DNA from: an uncultured bacterium
Lineage (GTDB): Bacteria > Verrucomicrobiota > Verrucomicrobiia > Limisphaerales > UBA8199
Direction of reading: 5' to 3'
NCBI GenBank assembly: GCA_963749495.1
Contig: CAVVMW010000014.1
Coordinates: 288,001 to 352,000, forward strand
DNA: 64,000 bases
Below the pieces are notes generated by a model that searched no databases, was not told the origin of the DNA, and saw only the letters and a list, made by a program, of their open reading frames with translations. The position numbers and the translations under genes were made by a program. This document shows, piece after piece, positions 19,580 to 27,322 of the stretch (the stretch's first letter is position 1; every line of letters begins with the position of its first letter).

Positions 19580-19923
19580 CTGGCCGGGCGCTTGAAGATC
19601 AATTGGACCATGCCGGTTCTATTGTTCTGGCGCTTCTCCCCGAGGATCGAACCGTATTCAGTTTCGGCCAATGGAACTGCCGCAACCAACTCCCATCCCT
19701 CCCGGCCAATCTCGAACAGATCGTAACTGATCGTTCCAGGAAGGAGCTTTATGCCCTCGCGACTTTCGATCTCCTTGGCGCTAAATCCGCCCTTCTCCGC
19801 AGCCTTGCGGCACGTGTTCTCCAATTCGACCACTTTGTATTCCCATTTGGCGGCGCTCTGCGGGACCGGCCGGCAGGCGCTGAGGAGGATGCCGAGACAA
19901 AAGAGGGGCAGGGGGATTTTCAT
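19576..19923 (-). CDS. DUF4177 domain lipoprotein
   Basis: Lipobox LLSAC; 'KWEYKVV...GREGWELV...LIFKRP'. Confidence 0.8.
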   Translation of the reverse strand: MKIPLPLFCLGILLSACRPVPQSAAKWEYKVVELENTCRKAAEKGGFSAKEIESREGIKLLPGTISYDLFEIGREGWELVAAVPLAETEYGSILGEKRQNNRTGMVQLIFKRPAR

Positions 19924-20264
19924 GATTGCGGCCTTTTCTTTCCGCCCGAGCGCGCGGCATCGAGGGCGGAGGCGAGCGGGGACTTATCAGAACGCCTCGG
20001 ATGGTTGAGGATGGAGCCGCCCGTGGATGGCTGATAGCGGACGCTGCTTGCTGGCGCCGGGACGCGGATACGGCGATCGCGTCTGGCGGCGGCCCGGTCG
20101 ATGGGGATGGCAGCGCGCTCCAGTTTATCCAGGGTGGCCTCGAGGAGGAAATCGCTCACGCTCCGGGCTGGATTCCGCTTGAGCCATTCATCGACGGCGG
20201 CCCAGAGTTCTGGAGCAATCTGCGCTCCAATCAGCCTCTTCCCTGATGCTCGCATGTTCGGCAT
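19920..20264 (-). CDS. RHH-like DNA-binding regulator (repressor-like)
   Basis: MPNMRASGKRLIGAQIAPELWAAVDEWLKRNPARSVSDFLLEATLDKL; strand-helix-helix pattern; ATGA overlap with DUF4177. Confidence 0.6.
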   Translation of the reverse strand: MPNMRASGKRLIGAQIAPELWAAVDEWLKRNPARSVSDFLLEATLDKLERAAIPIDRAAARRDRRIRVPAPASSVRYQPSTGGSILNHPRRSDKSPLASALDAARSGGKKRPQS

Positions 20265-20327
20265 ATCGGAAGGTTTAACTCCATTAAAAAAAGTTGCAAG
20301 TTTTTGTTGACAGATTCCCCTCAACGG

Positions 20328-22533
20328 CATGGCCATTTCATGAAGGACTCCCGACTTCAGACGATTCCCCCCAGGTTGCCGTCTCCTGGTTGGCACCTCC
20401 CCGCTCAAGCCGCCAGGAGTACCCAGGCCCGCAAGAATTCCCGCCCAACAGGCACCGGAAGTATTGGTGGGGTCGGGCTGATCAGTTCTGCCGACGGATC
20501 GCGGACAACAGGGCAAAGCCCACCCGCCGTGCTCAGATCCGAAAAAGCGGAGTTGAACCCGTTGGCGGATTCTGATTGGTCGAGTTGTTTAAGGCGGTTT
20601 CAAGCTGGGGCTTTTGGCGAAAAGCAAGCGCATGGCGGGACGACCATGGTCTTCGCCCATCGCGGACTGAAAATCCGTCGTCGTCAGGTATTCGGGATGG
20701 GGTTGATGAGAGCGCCATTCCATGAACAGGCTGTTGCTGATGCGGCGGAGCAGGCCCGCCACGAACATCGCATAGGGGTGGCGAATGCGGCAGCGATCGT
20801 CGTTGTGGGAAACGTCCAGGCGCTGGTGCAGACCGTTTTCAACGCCGGCAAAGCCCGGCGCGGTTCAATTCCAGCCACTTTTGTGCGTCCAGTTCCTCGG
20901 GTCCGGCGCTGGTTAGCAGCGTAACGTATTCGTCTTTGTGGCCCTGGATCTGCCGCAGCAATCGGGCGGCCTGCGCGGCAAGAGGGAAGCAAACCTGTTC
21001 AGCCGAGACCGGTTGGGTGAGGATGGAGCGGCTCTGCAGGCGGCTCTTGTTGTATTCCAGAGTGCGGAACTGAGTGGCTGTCGGCTCCCAAGGGGGGAAA
21101 ATCCGCCTTTGGGGCGGGGAGCAGTTTCTCGATGATTTGGTGGACCGTGGGTTGATTATCTTTGGCCGTGAACAGGTAGTGGCCCCCATGTTCGAGCACG
21201 ATGTCGCGGCCGGTTTCGGTTTGCGTGTGCAAGGCATCCAGCGAGACGAACCGGCCGTTGAGGTCCAGGTCGTTAAAGAGTAGGCGGGCAACCGGGATTT
21301 CGTTGGTCTTGGTGTCCACAATCGCGCTGCCCAGATAATACTGGCTGGGCGCACAGATGGCGGTGAGCACGTCTTGGCCACCGCCGTGTTTGGGCTCTTT
21401 GCCATCCAGAACGATCAACTCGTGTTTGGGCGGCGGGCCGCGCAGTCGCTCCTGGATCCGCATCAGCATTTGCTCAAGCCGGGTCCCGTCAATCTCCTCG
21501 AGCAGACGCCAAAGGGTCGGTTGGCTTGGGGCGGGGTAGCAACCGTGGCGCTTGCGGATGTGCAGGGCGGCTCGCTGCGCCTGGCTCAACTTGCGCGCGA
21601 ATTTGGCTAAATCCTTTGACCCACGTGGGGCTCCGCACAGCACCGCCAATAGATAAATGGCCAACAGCGACCAAAGCGGATAGGTCCCGATTCGCTTTCG
21701 ATAATCTGGAACTTGCTGCAGGACATCGATGATCGAGCCAATCTCTTTGGCCGTGTGCCGCGACCTTGGGCTTGCCTTGGTTTCGACCACCGCCAGCGAG
21801 GGCCGGAGATGCTCGGCTTGGAGGCTACGCCGGGCGTTGCGGCAGAGCTGGCGTACGAACAGCCGCTTGGGCTTGTCATGGCGGACGTAATAGTCCCGTT
21901 GGTGTCGCCCAGAGCCGTCGGTCTTTCCCAGCTCCTCCCAACCATTAGCGGTGTAAACCGTGCCGCAGAACTGGTCCGGATCGACAAAGGTTTCGACCAC
22001 CACAACCGGATGGCCGTAGCGGGCCTGCCTGCCGGCAGGCAGGCCTGCCAATCGCTGCTTAGACGCCCCAAGACCAGCCGTAAAACCCGGCTGCCCAAGT
22101 TGGGACAGCTCTTGTCGGGCAGGAGAAGAAACCGAATGTTGTTGGCCAGCAGGCTTAAACGCCTTTCCCGCTGCGCGTCGGTCCAACCAATCCACCGATC
22201 GCGGTGCTTGAGATGCTTGGCCGCAGCTGCGAACACCAGCACCCCAAGCCACTGGCCCTGTGCATCGGTGGCAACGTAGTAGAGTCGCTCCCCCACCGGT
22301 TTAGCGCTCCCAAGATAATGGTGCTGATCCAGCAGTTGGTTGCACCGTTCCAACTCGTTCGGCTCGAGTAATCGTACCTTGCAGACTGTCCAGGACCGCC
22401 TGGTCCTCGGAACTGGGCTTTCGATAATTCTGGCTCACGCCCCCAATCCTGAAAAATCGAGAGAAGCTTGTCCAGCCGAAAGCCAATACCCATTCTAAAT
22501 CAACGACTTACCCGCCGCCGTGAATTTGCCATG
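20328..22533 (-). mobile_element. ISAs1-family element encoding a DUF4338-ISAs1 fusion transposase, 2206 bp
   Basis: IRs CATGGCCATTTCATG / CATGGCAAATTCACG; 9-bp TSD CCTCAACGG at 20319-20327 and 22534-22542. Confidence 0.85.
20589..22438 (-). pseudogene. DUF4338 (DruA-like) plus ISAs1 DDE transposase, several frameshifts
   Basis: 'HHYLG...RDRWIGW...NNIRFLLLP...ETFVDP...GTVY.A.GW' followed by 'LDGK', 'NEIP', 'DALHTQ', 'KDNQP' and 'VENGLHQRLDV'; frame breaks near 22378, 22030, 21095 and 20847. Confidence 0.85.
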
Positions 22534-22563
22534 CCTCAACGGGGTTAAGGACTCTTAAAGACT

Positions 22564-22776
22564 ATGCATCGTCGGAAGATGAAACGGAACATTACGGGAA
22601 CCGGGAAGCTGCTCGGGGGCTAAGTCCCGAGGGCTGTGGTTCAGGGGATCAACGCGTGGACTTCGCTCAATCCGGAACGGGACATATCCACATTTATCAG
22701 GGAGGCAGCGCGCGAAAAGCTCCGGCGAGAAGGCATCCAATTCAGCGAGTCCGCCGAGCTGCGAAGAACCCGCTAA
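22564..22776 (+). pseudogene. RHH-like regulator, paralog of 19920-20264, with an internal TAA
   Basis: MHRRKMKRNITGTGKLLGG*VPRAVVQGINAWTSLNPERDISTFIREAAREKLRREGI; stop at 22621-22623. Confidence 0.65.
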
Positions 22777-22790
22777 AACCGTTCAGCCTT

Positions 22791-23267
22791 ATGCTCACAT
22801 CATTCACCGGATTTCGGGGCCAGCTGGCGCGGGCTAAACGGAGAAGCCGGCCCGAGGGGATAGCGGTTCCGACAACCACCGAGCGCGGTTGGCTTTGTGC
22901 CACCGGCGCACTAAGAGAATTTCCCATGTTGCCGCTGGCCGAGGGACTTCGCGGTCTGACAGGCGATTTGCAACGCGGAAAGTTGCTTTTGCGGCGTATC
23001 GAAATCGTGGCAGGAGGCAGTATCGTTGCCGTCGCGATAAGGGCCGGAACTTCCTCTGGCGCCAATGCCGCCGCACCCAGCGGTCGCACCAGGCCTCTTC
23101 CTCAGGCGTCGGCGCCCCATATTGCGGCTCCTGAGGAACGATCGATCCTCTGCGCGAGGGCTGTAGAAGCCAGCTATTGGCTTCAAAAAGGACGCGTTGA
23201 AACTGGAGCCACGTCACCTGGGCAGCCTGCCCGCCCGGACCGCGCCGGTCAACACCGCAACCACTAG
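22791..23267 (+). CDS. Hypothetical protein (possibly degenerate)
   Basis: ATG 14 nt after the RHH gene; its N-terminus MLTSFTGFRGQ is shared with the next ORF. Confidence 0.35.
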   Translation: MLTSFTGFRGQLARAKRRSRPEGIAVPTTTERGWLCATGALREFPMLPLAEGLRGLTGDLQRGKLLLRRIEIVAGGSIVAVAIRAGTSSGANAAAPSGRTRPLPQASAPHIAAPEERSILCARAVEASYWLQKGRVETGATSPGQPARPDRAGQHRNH

Positions 23268-23357
23268 AGCCTATGCTCACCGCATTCACCGGATTCCGAG
23301 GCCAGGCGGCGGCGGCCCACGTGGGGCAACTGGAGTTTGTGATCCTCGCCAAGAACC

Positions 23358-24638
23358 TAAGTACGCCACTTCATAAATTCGGTCACGTATTTTCTCAGGC
23401 GGCTTGAGGCAGCGCGGTGGCTTGTTCGGGAGCTAATTTGAGGAGGAGTTGGTCCAGGTCTCGACGGGTGAATTTCCACTGGAACGGTCGAGCGAGCGTC
23501 TCGAAATGGCGCTCAAACTGCCAAAGCGCATGCGCCATCTCGTCCAGGGAGCCGAAGTCGTTTGGCGTCAGGACTTTGCGCTCGATAATGGAAAAGTAGA
23601 CCTCGATCTGGTTCAGCCAACTGGCGTGAACTGGGCCATGGACCAGTTGGAGGCGCGGATAACGCTGCTGCAAGCGCCTCACGCTGGGAAGGCCCCGGTG
23701 GGAGGAGCCGTTGTCCACGATCCAAAAGACCCGGCGAGCTTGGGAGTAAGGCGGTTGGGTCATCACGCGGTCAACCAGCCGATCAAAAGGCGCGATTCCG
23801 CTGTGGAGTTCGCAACAGCCAAAGACTTTGGCGTGATGCACATCCAGGGCCGCCAGGTAAGTGCGGGCTCCCCTGCGTGCGTACTCATGCTCCACCTTCA
23901 TCGGTTGGCCAGGCCGTGGCGGTCGAGTCGGGTGAATACGGTCCCGGGCTTGAATGCTGGTCTTTTCATCGGCCGAGAGCACGAACTCGTCCTCGTGCAA
24001 AGGGTGCCCGTCCCATACCCGCTCGTAGAGGTCGAGCAGGCGCCCGGCTTTGAGGGCGAAGGCCGGGTCGCGCGGGAAGATCCAACAGCGGTGAAACCAA
24101 GGCCGGATGGCGTCCTGGTGCAACCAACGCCAGAGCGTGGTGTCGCTGATGTGGGCGACCAGCCCGGACTGGCAAACCTCTTCGGTTAGTTCGGCGAGGC
24201 TCCAACGCGACAAGGGTAGGCCTCGCTGACGAGGTAGTTCGCAAGCCAGAGCCTTAACCTGCACGACCAGTTCTGGGGGGAAAAACCCGGGGCCGACCCG
24301 GGCGGGGGAGTTCCTCCAGCCCGCGCAAGCGCTCATGGAAGAAGCGCTTACGCCAGTCACTGACGACTTCTCGGCGGGTATCCAGGCGAGCAGCAATATC
24401 GTCGTTGGCCAGACCCTCAGCCGCCATAAGGATCATTTTAGCCCGGAGGACCTCGAAATACGGTAACGTATATTTCGCCGCTCTTCGTTCCAGTTCGCGC
24501 AGTTCACCCGGGGTCAGCGTGATAGAGAATGGGCTTTTTCTAGGCATAGAATAGTACCGTTCAATGCGGCGCTATTCTATGTGAAACCGGGAAAGTCAGC
24601 AACAAAATACGTTAGTGTATTTATGAAAACGGGTACTA
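23358..24638 (-). mobile_element. IS630 family insertion sequence
   Basis: Imperfect ~35-bp IRs (AGTAC....TTCATAAAT.....ACGTATTTT); CTAA at both ends (TA target duplication). Confidence 0.9.
23395..24547 (-). CDS. IS630 transposase, two ORFs joined by a probable programmed frameshift
   Basis: HTH ORF 24254..24547 and DDE ORF ('ADEK', 'VDNGSSH', 'SWLNQIE') overlap at GGGTTTTTCCCCCC (~24275-24288). Confidence 0.88.
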
Positions 24639-24975
24639 AGCGAGTTGCAGAGGGCCTATTCCCCTGAAGGCATCGGGGTCAGATCTTGTCATTTGGACAA
24701 ATAGGGATTCACGAGATTGGCGGCAGAGCCCCGTCCTGGTGACTTTGGACGCCTCGTCGCGGGAGCAGAAAAGCTGCGCATAGTCCGACTGTCCGCGGTG
24801 TCCTTGGACGGAAGGGCTCCAAGCGGCGCAAAGTGCCCTCCATGAGAAACTCTCGTGAGAAGCTGTTGCTAACTCCGCCATGGATCTGCTCTTGCCGCCG
24901 CCTGTGACCTCCAATCAAAAGCAACAAGCTAACCGTGCAACGCCCCCGAAATCCCTCGCTAGCGGCAGAATTGAC

Positions 24976-25197
24976 TCACTCCAGAAATTCTTCCGCCGTC
25001 AACCCGGTTTGCGCGATGATGGCCCGCAGGGTCCCGCGCGGGATGTCGCCGGGATGACAGGCAACCATGGTGACCCTGCCGGTTCGGCGGTTGATCCAGA
25101 ACTCGTGACTGCCCTTGCCGGGCCGGACATACTCAAACCCGCGACGGCGCAAGCAAGCCACCACGTCCCGGTACTGGAGCGCGGGAAGACGACTCAT
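24976..25197 (-). CDS. hicA: HicA family toxin
   Basis: 'GF...R.GKGSH...H.GDI.RGTLRAII.Q.GL..EEF'. Confidence 0.92.
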   Translation of the reverse strand: MSRLPALQYRDVVACLRRRGFEYVRPGKGSHEFWINRRTGRVTMVACHPGDIPRGTLRAIIAQTGLTAEEFLE

Positions 25198-25454
25198 GCG
25201 GGGAGTGTGACCGGCAACGGCAGGGTCAGGGTCTTGGCCTTGCGTTTGACAACACGGCGCAAGGCGGGCGGCAACGGCAGTTTCTCGGAGAGATAAACCT
25301 CCATCAGGATGCGCGCATTGGCTTGGGCCAGTTCCATGGTTTCGGTCCGCGTGCGGCCTTGCACCACGAGGCCGGGCAGGTCGGGGCTGGTCGCCAAGAA
25401 GCCGCCCTCCGCCAAAGGCTCCATCTTCACACTCAACACGATTTCGGTTTCCAT
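25194..25454 (-). CDS. hicB: HicB family antitoxin
   Basis: 'EGGFLATSPDLPGLVVQGRT..E'. Confidence 0.9.
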   Translation of the reverse strand: METEIVLSVKMEPLAEGGFLATSPDLPGLVVQGRTRTETMELAQANARILMEVYLSEKLPLPPALRRVVKRKAKTLTLPLPVTLPA

Positions 25455-26104
25455 GCTGCGACCTTAATGCAGGCTCTCGGAGTATTCAATCACCTTTCCA
25501 GTGGCTCCCGATAGGTCATAAAAAAGGCATTGGGGTCATGGCAGGGGTCAGACCGTAGAAAGGCCTCACGCCTCCACGCCTTGGACCTCGAAAAAAAATG
25601 CCTCATAGTCCGCATTGTCCTTAGACAATATCCGTCCCCAGCGCACACACTCCCGGCATGAAACGGCAACTGCGCCAACTCAGGCGTTCGGAAGGAATAA
25701 ATGTGCCAGGTATGGCGCAGGAATTTCGGCGGCTGGCGAGGCGCGAGCGAGGCGCATATCCGCCAGGATCTGTAAGGAGCGAGCAACAAAGCCAGCGGGC
25801 AAAAGCACCAGCCAGAGCTGGCACGTTTATTCCTTCCGAATGCCTCAGGCCCCGCACAGGCCGCCCACCGCAGGGGGCCAACCGCTGGTCCGGCCTCATT
25901 TCCACCAATTCACGCGATTCCCGCAATTTCGCGCACTTTCCCACAATTTCCCACAATTTCCCACAATTTCTAAAGCCACCGGGAGAGGAGAAACATCGAG
26001 CTCGCGCCTTACCAAACCGCACCAGGGTGCAAAGGACTCGGCAGACCCCTCCCGCTGTCCAAACCCTCCGTGGTTTTGGAAAAGACCAAGGCAGGTTGCC
26101 ACCT

Positions 26105-26710
26105 CTATTCATTACCGCCTCCAAAGAAGCTCCGCACACTCCGAAGAAAGACATCGGAGACCTGAATTTGAATGGCCGGCACGCTCGCGCAGGCGACCAG
26201 GTCGCCAGGGCTGTAAAGCGCCGTCTCCCGGTAGCGCCCATTCTTGGGTTGGCGATAGACTTCGACGCCCTGATCCTGGCCGAGCACGATCCAATACTCG
26301 CGCACCCCGCCTTCGGCATAGAGCGTGGCGTTCTCGCGGTCGAGCGCCGGGCTGGAGAGAGCCACCTCAACCACCAGTTCAGCGGTCGTGGGATGAGCTT
26401 CGAAAAAATCTGCCTCCGCGCCCCGGACGACCGCAATGTCCGGCTCGGGCTCCGAGTCCGCGAACGTGATGGGGTCCTCGCGGCGCACTACGAGGCCGGC
26501 AGGCAATATCGAAGCGATTCGGTCATAAAGCCGCTTGGCTATAGCGCTGTGCAGGGGGGATTTGGACATTTTCTCAATCAAGAGACCGCGGATCAACTCT
26601 GTGCGGCGGCCTTTCCCGTTGAACTCGCCGAGCCGGTGATACTCCTCGACCGAGAGGCGCGAGAGCCGCTGACGAACTTCCGGCATTTCCAGCAGTGCTG
26701 ACATCGCCAC
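26105..26710 (-). CDS. Uma2 family (DUF820) endonuclease-fold protein
   Basis: 'LSVEEYHRL', 'ELIRG', 'EPEPD', 'LVVEVA', 'YA..GV.EYWIV'. Confidence 0.92.
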   Translation of the reverse strand: MAMSALLEMPEVRQRLSRLSVEEYHRLGEFNGKGRRTELIRGLLIEKMSKSPLHSAIAKRLYDRIASILPAGLVVRREDPITFADSEPEPDIAVVRGAEADFFEAHPTTAELVVEVALSSPALDRENATLYAEGGVREYWIVLGQDQGVEVYRQPKNGRYRETALYSPGDLVACASVPAIQIQVSDVFLRSVRSFFGGGNE

Positions 26711-26789
26711 GTACCCTACGCATCAGCCGCCGCCCTGTCCAGGCTAGGCTCAATCGGCGTCCACATTCCCGGCGGCGGAGAAATAGGAT

Positions 26790-26818
26790 TTGATGCCACG
26801 TTCCAAGACCGGTAAATT
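26790..26818 (+). promoter_or_regulatory. Sigma70-like promoter for a probably leaderless antitoxin transcript
   Basis: TTGATG-N17-TAAATT, 6 nt before the ATG at 26825. Confidence 0.5.
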
Positions 26819-26824
26819 AGTTCC

Positions 26825-27043
26825 ATGAATTCAGAACTTGTACTTGCCCGGATTGAGGCCTTGCCGGAGGAGTCACGTCAATTGCTACTGGCATTGGTGG
26901 ATCTCTTGGCCGAAAGAGCCGACGCCGCGCCCCGACCAGAGCAAAAGCATGTGTTCAAGTTCGACTGGGAAGGCGCCCTTGCGGATGCTTTTGACGGGAC
27001 CACGTTTGTCGAGTTGCAGCACCGAGCTAACGAGTGGCGGTGA
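26825..27043 (+). CDS. DUF2281-like antitoxin
   Basis: 'IEALPEE...VDLL...FKFDWEGAL......VELQH.A.EWR'. Confidence 0.75.
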   Translation: MNSELVLARIEALPEESRQLLLALVDLLAERADAAPRPEQKHVFKFDWEGALADAFDGTTFVELQHRANEWR

Positions 27044-27190
27044 ACTGGCTCGTTGACACCAACATTTTCCTGGAAGTCCTTCTGGGCCAACCCAACAAGG
27101 AGCGCTGCAAGCAATTTCTCCAGGAAAACTCGGGCCAATGCGGTCTGTCCGATTTTTCACTCCATTCCCTTGGGGTCATCACCTTCCGAG
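27040..27190 (+). pseudogene. Truncated PIN domain toxin
   Basis: (M)NWLVDTNIFLEVLLGQ...SDFSLHSLGVI; similarity ends at a palindromic repeat (27213-27290). Confidence 0.75.
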
Positions 27191-27322
27191 GCCGGCAGGC
27201 GCGGGCTTTAATGGCAGAAAGATGGGGGCAGGAAAATGGAAGTTTCCATCTTTCTGCCCCCATGTTTCTGCCTGTCTCTTTTTGGCTTGCGCCGGGGCGC
27301 GGCAGGCACAAGATACTCGCAG

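Noticed and set aside
20589..22438. Druantia anti-phage system
   Set aside because: The DruA-like domain lies inside IS termini, fused to a transposase; no other dru genes are present.
13400..27200. Integron cassette array or intact prophage
   Set aside because: No integrase, no convincing attC sites, and no structural or replication phage genes.
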